35,791 nt of DNA from Trichomonas gallinae (taxonomy: Eukaryota), in contig MRSU01010299.1 of the NCBI GenBank assembly GCA_008369845.1, positions 1-35,791 of the forward strand. Direction: 5' to 3'. Both the position numbers and the translations under genes were made by a program. The notes beneath the pieces are model-generated. The model ran no database searches, had not been told where the DNA came from, and saw only the letters and a list, made by a program, of their open reading frames with translations. Position 1 is the first letter of the stretch, and each line of letters starts with the position of its first letter. Shown here piece by piece: positions 9,178 through 18,794 of the stretch.

Positions 9178-12100
9178 ATGAGTTCCTCGCCGACGTCAAC
9201 TGTCCCGGGGATCTACAAAATTGTGCCACCAGGTGATTTGAAGGAAATTCCTACATCTATTGGTGACAATGTTTTACATTTAGACATAAATTCAAATAAA
9301 ATTATTTCTTTTCCTGACAGATTGCATCAATTAATATCTTTAAACATTAGCAATAATCCTATTACAGTATCTACATTAGGTAATTTGCAGAATTTACGAT
9401 CTTTATCATTAGATTTTTGCAATATCAAAAAATTCAAAGTCTTTCCGAACCTTCCTCATCTAACACACTTATCACTTGTTGGAAATGAAATTACAAATTT
9501 GAAAGATTTTCCTATTTACCCAAATTTAAATTCAATTGATTTTCGAGGAAATCCTTTAGTTTATGATGAGTATCTTCTTATTGCTGCTATTGGATCCCAC
9601 AATCTTTCTAAACTAAATAACACGAAAATACAAGAAAAAACGTTTATCAAAGCTTTTTCAATTTCGCCAATAATTGGTTATTCAATACGCCACGGTAACC
9701 AACTGACCCACCAAGATGATGAGCTTGATAACGCGATATCATTTTTAACTAGTGAGTCTCCATTAAAAATTATCGATTCAGGACAAACGAAAAGCTTAGT
9801 TCCACCGCGTGGCGCGAATTCTTTTAAGTGGTATTACCTAGAAAACTCCAAGTGGATAGATTTGGACTGTCCAACACGCACTCTTCCAATTACGCCATTT
9901 TTATCATTAAAACTCATCAAATGCGACTTCGACGGACTTTCCAGTTACACTGCTACACCTGTAGGATGGGATGAGCAGGGACCAATAAGTTTCCACAACT
10001 CATTTCCAGAGATAATTGGCGACATAACATCCGGAGCAATTATTGCAGCAAATGTCGCAGAAAATACACGAATAATATGGAAAATAGGCGACAAGGAGAT
10101 TGGAAATGGCAGCTACTGCGAAATACCAGAGAATTCAGATGGACTTACGCTGAGTTGCATCTCTGCTTCAGTTTCTGATGCTTTCCCTAATGTCAGTTTT
10201 GCTCCGATTATTTCAGTTTTTACAATACAAAAACCCGATTATGAATTTTCCGAATTTTCTATTACTGAGAATCCTGAAATCAATGCATCACTCGGCATAA
10301 AGATAGAGGCATATCCAGCCAATTCTAAGTTCACTGTTTACATCGACATCGCTGATGATTTGGCGAGCGAATTCAAGAATATTGCATCCGTCGAATTTCC
10401 ATATGAATATTTAATCCCGCCGGATCTCGCTGGCAAATTCATCAGAATATCAGTGAATCTAGGCGATGATGATTTCTTGTACGCTTATTCGAAAGAGAGA
10501 GTCAGAGGCCAAGGACTCAAAAACATTGAAGCAACAATCGTTGGCTCGTACAAAGCTGGGCACCCACACATTTTACTTTTCGAAGACAAAGAATTTGGCA
10601 AAAAATGCAAAATCGAGTGGCTCACATTATCAGACTACGGAGTCTACACTAACTACTCTGTAACAGGACCAGTTTTCACGCCGCCTATTGATGCCGTGAA
10701 CGCGACAATCTGCTGCCACATTATTCCAGATGAAGATGAAACAGAATATGGAGAAACAGTCGTCGAATCTCCTGTTCCTTTAGGCGAAAGCTCTCAACTC
10801 GAGGAGTATAATGTAGAGAAGGCCCCATACGAGGGATCTAAGATAGAGATGGATTCAGAAGGTCAGTGGCAGATATCCAAAGGCACAGAATTAGTTGACG
10901 TTGATTTTTCGGAAAATTTTGTTCCTCAGCAAGAACAAATTGGCGAATATCTCAGATTCTATTCGGACACTAAAGACGTCGTATTCGGTGTCGTGGAGAA
11001 GTCGATCCTCAAAATCAAGTCTGTCGTATTAGAAACAGATGGAGGAGACTACAGTGGAGCTTTAGCTTCGATTTCCGTGAATTATTACGAAGAACCAGTA
11101 GAATACAAAGTTACTTGGATCCGTGTTTTAAGAGGTGGCGACCAAAAGGTCGCTAAAGAAGGCGGAGAATCCTATGCTATCACATCTGAAGACGTCGGCT
11201 GTAAAATAAAGGCAAGAGTTTCGACGCAAAACGAGTCAAAGGATTCGAATATCACGCCTATGATAAGAGCTGGCTTATTCAAGGAAAAAATCATGTCCAG
11301 CAAAATTTTTGTTGGCCAGAGGTTGACCGTTGATGCTGATAAAGGAAGGGTGACATTTTTCAAGTCAATCGATGGTTTCAATTTCACGGAAATTCCAACG
11401 AAAAGAGATTTAAACTTGTTGTGGTGTGACGTGGATTGTTTCATCCGTATTTTGGTGAAGAACAAAAAATACATTTATTATGAGGATTCAGTTGACAGAG
11501 TTTTGCCAACAAAAGTCAAGACTGGCGACAATCTGCAGGTGAAACACATCTTCAGGAAGTCAGACACTAGGACGAATTACAGATGGTATGATCAGTATGA
11601 TGCGATTGTTTCAACAGAAGGTTCTTACGTTGTAAAGAAAAGCGACAAATCTTTAACAATTGTCAATGAAAATCCATCAGACAAAGAGGACTTCGAGCTC
11701 TGCAACATACAGAATATAGTGTCCATGGATTCTCCGCTGAGTCTTGAGCTGCTGCCGAGCGGTTCTCTTTGCATTATCGGCGACTTGGTGTCAGAAGAAG
11801 GCGAGTTTTTCTGGCGAATATGGAGGGACGGCTTCTGCGATGACATTGATAATGGAGGTTCCCCGACTCTTATCTTACTGCCAGCTATGATAGGAAGCGA
11901 GATAGAAGGCGGATGGAGAGCAAACGAGAGAGATAATGTAACATGGATTCCAAAGAAGTATTATGTCGCTCGAGCCCTTCCACAGCCTGTTGCCGTGATG
12001 ACAGAAGAAGATCCGCTCGTTGTTGGCAGCCAGTTGTTTGTGTCAACAGAGAACAGCGACCACTATAGCTTCAAGTTCGAGTGGAAGCGATGGGATGGCG

Positions 12101-12825
12101 ACCAGTTCATTCCTATTAAAGGAGAAACAAACGTCCACATCATCGATGAAGATGACTGCGACTGCTATGTTTGCTGCGATGCCAGATTCGTTGACAAAGA
12201 TGGATTCCTCGGTCCGCCGTTTACAGTGCGCACATCTGAAGTTGTACCACCAGCAAATTACATAGCAATCGAAGGAAGGCCAGTTGTTGGCTCGCTTTTG
12301 GCAGCTGTTTCGAATGATGACTTTGTCAAAAGGTGCAGATTCGAGTGGCAGATTCTTCATGATGGATTTAACTGGACTGTTGTTTCAACCAGATCCAAAT
12401 ACAGGCCAGTGCGTGATGATGTTGGTGCTGTTGTTCGCATTGTTGGCGTTTTCGATGATGAGCAGAGATTTTCTGCAGAACTTGGCCCGATTGAAGACGA
12501 CAGCGAAGAAATCCAAAGTGCTGTTCAACACGCTGTTAAAAGTGGCTCTTTGACGATGAAGGCGAAGGACCACAAGGGTGACATTTTCACAGTCGATATT
12601 GGAAAGAAGAGCTTCACTGTGAAAGGCGGCAAATTTAACTCAGACACTTTCTCGTGGAGGCAATCGAACAACATCGTCGCAACTCCAGGAAGCAGCAGGA
12701 AAATAGACGTCATTATCAACGGAAATGCACTTAGTCTTCTCCCAACAGACACAGATCCACTCGACTGCGATTTGAAGACATACAGAGAATTCGTCCTCTT
12801 AGTCGTCGCAACATTGAAAGGATAA
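9178..12825 (+). CDS. AIR9-like protein: N-terminal leucine-rich repeats plus multiple A9 Ig-like domains (1215 aa)
   Basis: LRRs (LHLDINSNKI, LISLNISNNPI, LRSLSLDFCNI, LTHLSLVGNEI, LNSIDFRGNPL), followed by repeated A9-type signatures W....Y...DxG..I (YAITSEDVGCKIKARV, HIIDEDDCDCYVCC, YRPVRDDVGAVVRI). Confidence 0.85.
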   Translation: MSSSPTSTVPGIYKIVPPGDLKEIPTSIGDNVLHLDINSNKIISFPDRLHQLISLNISNNPITVSTLGNLQNLRSLSLDFCNIKKFKVFPNLPHLTHLSLVGNEITNLKDFPIYPNLNSIDFRGNPLVYDEYLLIAAIGSHNLSKLNNTKIQEKTFIKAFSISPIIGYSIRHGNQLTHQDDELDNAISFLTSESPLKIIDSGQTKSLVPPRGANSFKWYYLENSKWIDLDCPTRTLPITPFLSLKLIKCDFDGLSSYTATPVGWDEQGPISFHNSFPEIIGDITSGAIIAANVAENTRIIWKIGDKEIGNGSYCEIPENSDGLTLSCISASVSDAFPNVSFAPIISVFTIQKPDYEFSEFSITENPEINASLGIKIEAYPANSKFTVYIDIADDLASEFKNIASVEFPYEYLIPPDLAGKFIRISVNLGDDDFLYAYSKERVRGQGLKNIEATIVGSYKAGHPHILLFEDKEFGKKCKIEWLTLSDYGVYTNYSVTGPVFTPPIDAVNATICCHIIPDEDETEYGETVVESPVPLGESSQLEEYNVEKAPYEGSKIEMDSEGQWQISKGTELVDVDFSENFVPQQEQIGEYLRFYSDTKDVVFGVVEKSILKIKSVVLETDGGDYSGALASISVNYYEEPVEYKVTWIRVLRGGDQKVAKEGGESYAITSEDVGCKIKARVSTQNESKDSNITPMIRAGLFKEKIMSSKIFVGQRLTVDADKGRVTFFKSIDGFNFTEIPTKRDLNLLWCDVDCFIRILVKNKKYIYYEDSVDRVLPTKVKTGDNLQVKHIFRKSDTRTNYRWYDQYDAIVSTEGSYVVKKSDKSLTIVNENPSDKEDFELCNIQNIVSMDSPLSLELLPSGSLCIIGDLVSEEGEFFWRIWRDGFCDDIDNGGSPTLILLPAMIGSEIEGGWRANERDNVTWIPKKYYVARALPQPVAVMTEEDPLVVGSQLFVSTENSDHYSFKFEWKRWDGDQFIPIKGETNVHIIDEDDCDCYVCCDARFVDKDGFLGPPFTVRTSEVVPPANYIAIEGRPVVGSLLAAVSNDDFVKRCRFEWQILHDGFNWTVVSTRSKYRPVRDDVGAVVRIVGVFDDEQRFSAELGPIEDDSEEIQSAVQHAVKSGSLTMKAKDHKGDIFTVDIGKKSFTVKGGKFNSDTFSWRQSNNIVATPGSSRKIDVIINGNALSLLPTDTDPLDCDLKTYREFVLLVVATLKG

Positions 12826-13203
12826 TAATCATTTTTTTTATAATTTTTGTTTTTGTTTTGTTTTATTAAATACTTTTGTTTATATGCTAACATTGATTCA
12901 CAAATTCCAAACAATCATTCTTTATCAACCAAGATCATGTTGAAAACTTTATTCCACGACTTTTATAATTTATTCCTCAACAATTTCATAGTATGTCAAT
13001 GTTCTCAGTCATTTATCATATAACAAATGATTGATTTTAATAATTGAGCCAAAATTCTTTATATTCAAACCATACAACCTAATTATTATAATATTTCACA
13101 CGAGCTTATTAGATAATGATGTTTTAAATATAAAAATGAATGAAAATGATAAAATATATAGTTGGAAATATTTGAATATAAAAGAGGTAATGTATATTTA
13201 TGT

Positions 13204-15278
13204 CTAGTTGTATGGAGATGTCGCGTAGAATCCCATCGAGCAGATAGGACACTGAGATCTCTTGTTGACGAACTTGTCGAGGTCATCTCTGCAGACGACA
13301 GCGTGTCCACATGGAATGAGTTTCATCAAGTGGTTCTTTGTGCCGCAGATGCAGCACTTTCCGTGTTCTGGCTTCATTGGTGTTCTGACTCTTATTGGCT
13401 GTGACAGAGCTAAAACATTCGCCTGCTGCCTTGTCCTTCTTGGTGCTCTCTTTATCTGCTTCTTAGCGCCAGCACTGACTAATGCGTTGATAATCTCAGT
13501 CATCTTCAAGTCTTGAGCGAGTTTAAATGGAGAGTGTCCCTGTGTATTAGGATCAGCGCCAGCGGCCAACAATGCTTCAACAATAGGAAGTGAACGAATA
13601 CCTACAGCATTATATAATGGTGTCATGCCAGAATTGTTCACGTGGTCCATGTTGCATTCCTGCAAGAGAATGAGCTGGACGACGTGGACGTTGTTGGATC
13701 TTACAGCAGGGAACAAAGCGTTTTCGTTATCCTCGTTGATCGCGCGTGGATCAGCCCCGTTTTGCAGCAAGTATTCGACGATTTTTTCGTTGCCTGATCT
13801 TGCTGCGGCAAAAAGTGGCAGCTCTTTGCCTCCGATTTCGACATCTGCTCCTCCGTTTACTACAGCCTTGACCACATCGATGCTGCCCGTTTCTATGGCG
13901 CGGATCAAAGGCAGACCGTCTGGTTGAACGGAATTCAAATCAAATCTGTTAGTTAAGAGTTTCTTGATTCCAGCGATGTTCTTTTGCCTGATATAATTAA
14001 AGAGTGTCGCTGGTGGTGGAGGAAGGTCAGCATTGAGCGAGGACATGGCTGCACGAGCTAATGATGGATCATGTTCGCGAATTGCTTCACAAATATCTGA
14101 TTCTCCCATCTCCATGGCGTGAGAGAAGCAGTTTGTGCGACCAAGAGAAGCTGTTGCTCCACTTTGAAGTAATAATTTTGCAATTGCAGTCTGATGGAGA
14201 GAAATTGCAGCATTAATTGGTGTAAGGCTGTCATTGTTGAAAGTGTTGATGTTAACTTGCTTAGAAATGAGCTGTTTGACGAGATCAATATTTCCAGTTC
14301 TAACAGCAATGAAAAGTGCTGATTCTCCTTCAGCATTTTGGAGTTCAAGGTCAGCACCACTGGAAATGAGAAGATCTATAATCTCTGGATTATTATTCAA
14401 AATGGCCATATGCAAAGGTGGCTCCAAAAACGTCTTTGTCTGTGCGTTAACATTTGCTCCATAGTCAAGAAGCATATTCACACACTCATATGCATCATTT
14501 TCGACTGCTGCATGCAACAAAGTTTCATTATCAAAGAAAGGCTCGTTAACATTGACTCCTTCTATGTTCTTTTCAAGCTCCTTGAAGTTGTTGGCGATGC
14601 AGTATTCGAATAAGCTCACCAATGGGCTGTCATAGCTTCTTGGCGCTTTATTTCTTGCTGACGTCATTTCTGAGGACAAAACTTCAGGTGTCAGCTTCTC
14701 ATCGCGAGATGACATCGGAAGCGACATGATATTCTTAATTTCATCTTGAGAAATTCCATTAATATTTTGATCGACGTGAATATCCATGAGTGGCTTTGTT
14801 AATGTCGTGCTCTTGAATTGCACAGCGATAGAAAGTGGTGTTTCGTCAGATTTATTCTTGTGATTTCCATCTGCTCCGTTCTGAAGCAAATATTCAAGAA
14901 AATCAGGTCGTTTAAAGCGAATTGCTGTGAAAACAGGCGTTTCACCCTCAATATTTTCAGTATTTACATCAGCTCCGGACTTAATAAGTGCATAAAAAGC
15001 TTCAGTTTTTCCTTCTTGGATTGCAATTTGTAAAGGAGTGTCTTCTTAAGCAAAATAATGAACGTATCCTTCAGTTTTAGCCTCCAAATCCATTTTCTTT
15101 TCAATTAAGAAGTTAATAACGTTAATAGAGTTGCATTTTGCGGCCATGTGTAAAAGAGTTTCTCCATAATAGAAAAATGAACGTCAAAGTTAGCTGTATA
15201 TATGTCTGTTCCTTCATCCAGCAGTTTCTTGAGCTCCTCGAGATTATCAGTTTCTGCTGCTTGAAAAATTGCAGTCAT
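13204..15278 (-). CDS. Ankyrin-repeat protein with C-terminal RING finger (putative E3 ligase); predicted segments 15278-15183, 15165-15064 and 15045-13204 (679 aa if joined)
   Basis: The ORF-track start at 14889 is a TTG in mid-repeat; the frame stays open to 15045. Two more ankyrin-coding segments lie upstream, beginning at ATG 15278 (MTAIFQAAETDNLEELKKLLDEG). C-terminus CCIC..PCGH..CRDD..CPIC. The join depends on two non-canonical 17/18-nt inserts. Confidence 0.8.
15046..15063 (-). other. Candidate 18-nt non-canonical intron (GTTCATTATTTTGCTTAA)
   Basis: Contains the only in-frame stop between two intact ankyrin repeats; removal gives AKTEGY|EDTPLQIA. Confidence 0.55.
15166..15182 (-). 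other. Candidate 17-nt non-canonical intron (GTTCATTTTTCTATTAT)
   Basis: Frame-shifting insert; removal gives TANFD|GETLLHMAA. Shares its first 7 nt and repeat position with the 18-nt insert. Confidence 0.55.
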
Positions 15279-15302
15279 CGAAATCTGAAAAAACGAACTT
15301 TG

Positions 15303-15846
15303 TTTACACGTCAGATTTTACTTTACATTTTTTGACTTTCTTTCTAAATCTAAAATATACTCAATATAATATGCTTAAGTTTCGATTTTTGTTCATTATT
15401 AAAGAATTAATTTACATGACAAATCATATTTTTAAAATTTCTTTTTAGATTTAGATATATAGTCATTATATTATATTCATATCGATTTTCATGCGATTTT
15501 AGTTCATTAATTTACATGTCAAATAATATTTAGATTGATTTTCTTTTAAGATTTAATTTATACATATTATGATATATTTAAATTTCGATTTTCATAAGTT
15601 TTTTTTCTGATCATATAACTGTCAAATTTTTATATACAATTTCTAAATTTTCTTTTAGATTTAATTTACACACACGATAAATAACCATATTTCAATTTAA
15701 TTTTTTTTATTAGTTATTTTACATGTCAAATTTTAATTTTAAAAAAATAATTTTATTGTATTTATAATATACGAATCATTGTGTGTTTAAATTTGTTATA
15801 TCCATAGATGTGGAAAGTCAGAAAATTGAAGAATTTACATGTCAAA
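15303..15846. repeat. Degenerate tandem array of about 5 units of 100-116 bp in a divergent intergenic region
   Basis: Units start with a TTTACAYGWCARA-like motif at 15303, 15411, 15511, about 15613 (degenerate), 15718 and 15834. The first four share TTTCTTTT(A/T)AGATTTA-like blocks and the first three a TCGATTTT block. Confidence 0.7.
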
Positions 15847-15848
15847 AA

Positions 15849-15853
15849 TCACT
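15849..15853 (+). promoter_or_regulatory. Initiator (Inr) TCACT
   Basis: TCACT directly before ATG 15854; favours this start over 15839, which lies inside the TTTACATGTCAAA motif. Confidence 0.45.
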
Positions 15854-16390
15854 ATGATTGAAAAAGAGCCTGATTGGCTCGGCCCTCGAGTATTCTTCGA
15901 TGTATCAATAGCCGGGAGTTTGATAGGGCGAGTAAAAATTGAATTAAGACCGGATATTTGCCCACTTGCAGCGGAAAATTTTAGACAATTTTGTACAGGA
16001 CAGCACAGACCAAAAGGAATACCTATAGGATACAAAGATACAACTTTTCATCGCGTTGTGCCAGGTTTTATTGTACAAGGAGGCGATTGCGATACAAGAG
16101 ATGGCTACGGGTGCATTTCCATTTATGGAAGGGAGTTCGATGATGAACCATCAGCTTATACATTCGATGAGCCAGGAATTATCGCAATGGCGAACTCTGG
16201 TCCAAATTCAAATGGATGTCAGTTCTTTATTACACTAAATCCTGCTCAAGAACTTAATGGTAGCTACGTAGTTATCGGAAAAGTTATTGAAGGGATGTTG
16301 GCGCTTAGACACGTTGAAAGTGTGCCTTTGAAACCACATAGCGAAACACCATCTCTGGAATGCGTCATATCTGAGTGTGGAGAATTATAA
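15854..16390 (+). CDS. PPIH: Cyclophilin-type PPIase, cyclophilin H (U4/U6 snRNP)-like
   Basis: VFFDVSI..AENFRQFCTG..KGIPIGYK..FHR..QGGD..MANSGPNSNGCQFFIT..ISECGEL. The FRQFCTG, GxPxGYK insert and NGCQFF are PPIH hallmarks. Alternative start at 15839. Confidence 0.88.
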   Translation: MIEKEPDWLGPRVFFDVSIAGSLIGRVKIELRPDICPLAAENFRQFCTGQHRPKGIPIGYKDTTFHRVVPGFIVQGGDCDTRDGYGCISIYGREFDDEPSAYTFDEPGIIAMANSGPNSNGCQFFITLNPAQELNGSYVVIGKVIEGMLALRHVESVPLKPHSETPSLECVISECGEL

Positions 16391-16764
16391 TTGTTTGTAT
16401 TTAAATACGGTTTTGTTAAATGTTTTTATCATTTTCTATTTGATGTGATTTTTTTGCTGGTTTCATGCGAATTACATCGCTAGTGCATATTAACAGCATT
16501 GTTTGAAAACAATTCTGTATTTAAAAACTTTTGTCAGAATGTTATATTTACATGTCAATATTATGTTTACACGTCAAATCATCATCATTTTGAATTCAAA
16601 ATAATCGTTTAATGATTGCATTCTGACAATATTTAATTTCACATATTCATTATCATAATATTGATTATCAGTAGTATTAGCATGTTTTAAAAGTATAAAT
16701 AATAGGAAAGAAAGTTTCATTTTACAATTTAGTGCAATATATTATTGAAATAAATAAACAAAAT

Positions 16765-18246
16765 TTAAGGAACAAGCTTTGCCTTTGTGAAGATGATCCA
16801 TGCAGATATTCCTGCAGCACCGACAATAATTGTTGGAGCGGTGATTAAAAATGTCATAAATGCATTAAATCTAATGAGTGATATAGATATTTTCACGTCA
16901 CAATTATCTCCATACATATATTTAGGACAAATACATTGCTCAAGCAGGCATTTTCCTTTGCAACTTTGAGAACAATTTTTAGTCATCCATCTTGTCATTA
17001 TCCTTACTATTTCTCGTGTTTTATTGAAATTTTCGGTACTAGTTTCATTAATTCCTTTGAGATCACAAAATTGGGATTCGTTTTTCATTCCGAAGTATAA
17101 TCTTTGTATAAATTTGTCATATTCTGTGGTAGTAAGTCGATCTTGTGGGTATGAGCCGCAGGTAGTATAAATTGTATTAGTAGTTTGGATATATTTTGAA
17201 CCGTAAAACTTAACAATATCAGCGTGATAAATCTTTTTATATGTTATATTGAAAACCTTATTACAAACAGATTTATAGTATTCTTCATTGAGATTCTGAT
17301 TAGAAAATTTTGGAGCAGTTTTGAACGAACTAAGTTGTGTGCATTGCAGGTAAAGAATAGCTTTAGCATCGTTTGTTTTGTTTTCTAAATTTAGTGGATC
17401 AAATACATTTGGATCAATTTTTGTTCTATCTGTCCATTTGTTGTAAATAGTTTTGAATTTTCCATTCACATTCTTGCAAAGGTTGATCAGCTCATTTGAG
17501 TTATTAAAATTAATTATATCAATTATAAATTCGCTGATGAGATAAAAGGCGCTGCTGATATTATTGGACTCAGTCACTCTGGTAAGGCTTATTGGATCGT
17601 TATCATTTATAAAATTTATGATATTATCATAGCAATTTGGAGAGATTTGGTTGATATTTGTATTAAGGTATTCATCAATATCTGTAAAATTCTCCAAATT
17701 TAATATTGGCGAAGAAATCCATCCAAATGTACTAAATCTTGAATATTTTAACTTGAACCAGGAAGCTATAGTGCCTTGAAGTCCACCTGCGATGATTGTA
17801 AAGTTATATGTACAGTCCCCTAATGTGTCGTTAATTTTACATATTCGATTTTGGTGAGAGAAATTATCAAGATATATCGCAAGGTCTTCCATTATTTGTT
17901 CTACTGTAAGATATGTATAATCAACGGTTCCATTTTCGAATTCAGGAACAGAGTTGGCGAAATATCTTAATTCTGGTATGATTAAACTTGAATTTGTTAT
18001 ATTTGCTAATTCATAAACGGTATGGTTTTCAATATTATCGATCTCATTGATTATATTATTTGAATATCCGAGATAAACGATGGTTGAAAGGTAAGGTTTG
18101 TTTTCTTGGACAAAATCAGTAAAATGATGAAAGCGCTGAATGAAGGTTTTATTATTTGTTAGGTTGAAGTGGTCCAGTGCTTGACTGAAGTTCTCTATGG
18201 AATAATTATTGTAGGAGAATGTCATCTTCGCCAAGAAATAAAACAT
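16765..18246 (-). CDS. Peptidase S28-family homolog, probably inactive, with an EGF-like module and C-terminal TM anchor
   Basis: FSQALDHF..TFIQRF, ELRYFANSVP, YLTVEQIMEDLA, SWFKLKY, YLQCTQL, then CKGKCLLEQCICPKYMYGDNC and a hydrophobic tail. Confidence 0.85.
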   Translation of the reverse strand: MFYFLAKMTFSYNNYSIENFSQALDHFNLTNNKTFIQRFHHFTDFVQENKPYLSTIVYLGYSNNIINEIDNIENHTVYELANITNSSLIIPELRYFANSVPEFENGTVDYTYLTVEQIMEDLAIYLDNFSHQNRICKINDTLGDCTYNFTIIAGGLQGTIASWFKLKYSRFSTFGWISSPILNLENFTDIDEYLNTNINQISPNCYDNIINFINDNDPISLTRVTESNNISSAFYLISEFIIDIINFNNSNELINLCKNVNGKFKTIYNKWTDRTKIDPNVFDPLNLENKTNDAKAILYLQCTQLSSFKTAPKFSNQNLNEEYYKSVCNKVFNITYKKIYHADIVKFYGSKYIQTTNTIYTTCGSYPQDRLTTTEYDKFIQRLYFGMKNESQFCDLKGINETSTENFNKTREIVRIMTRWMTKNCSQSCKGKCLLEQCICPKYMYGDNCDVKISISLIRFNAFMTFLITAPTIIVGAAGISAWIIFTKAKLVP

Positions 18247-18794
18247 TTTTATTTAATTGAGATAAAAGTGGCAGAATTTTTGATTTTTATTTTACATGAT
18301 TTTTTTTTTGACACTTTACATTTATAGTAAAATTTCAAAAAACATGACTATGAAGCATTATACAATACAAACCAACATGTTTATCATTGGTTATTTCTGC
18401 TATTCATCTGTTGTTGCACATCTATAACCATTATACTAATGTCTGCAAATGAAATTATAATTATTTGACATGTAAATAATTTTGCCATGTAAATTATTTT
18501 TTTAAATTTTGATTATTATTGGAATGGAGTATTATTAAGAAAATAATCTAACTGAAATATTATTATATAGCTCAAATGAAATCATTTTATATGGGTATTC
18601 AATATCGTTTTCATTTGTTTTGAAAATCAAAAAATATAATTTTTCTTTTTCCAAAAACAACAGAACATATATCCATATTGAGAAGAGTTAAGTCATATTT
18701 TTAGATTGGAATCATGTAAAATAAAAATTTCAAAAATTATTTTTGAAATGAAAACCATATTAACATTGATTTATTTCAACAAATAACAGCTATT

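Noticed and set aside
15163..15182. Insert 1 read as an internal Inr (TCATT) plus ATG start
   Set aside because: That ATG is out of frame with the ankyrin repeats and stops after 20 codons; insert 2 has no nearby ATG.
15303..15846. CRISPR-like interpretation of the regularly spaced motif
   Set aside because: Eukaryotic context, no cas genes, motif only about 13 nt, and the spacers are related to one another.
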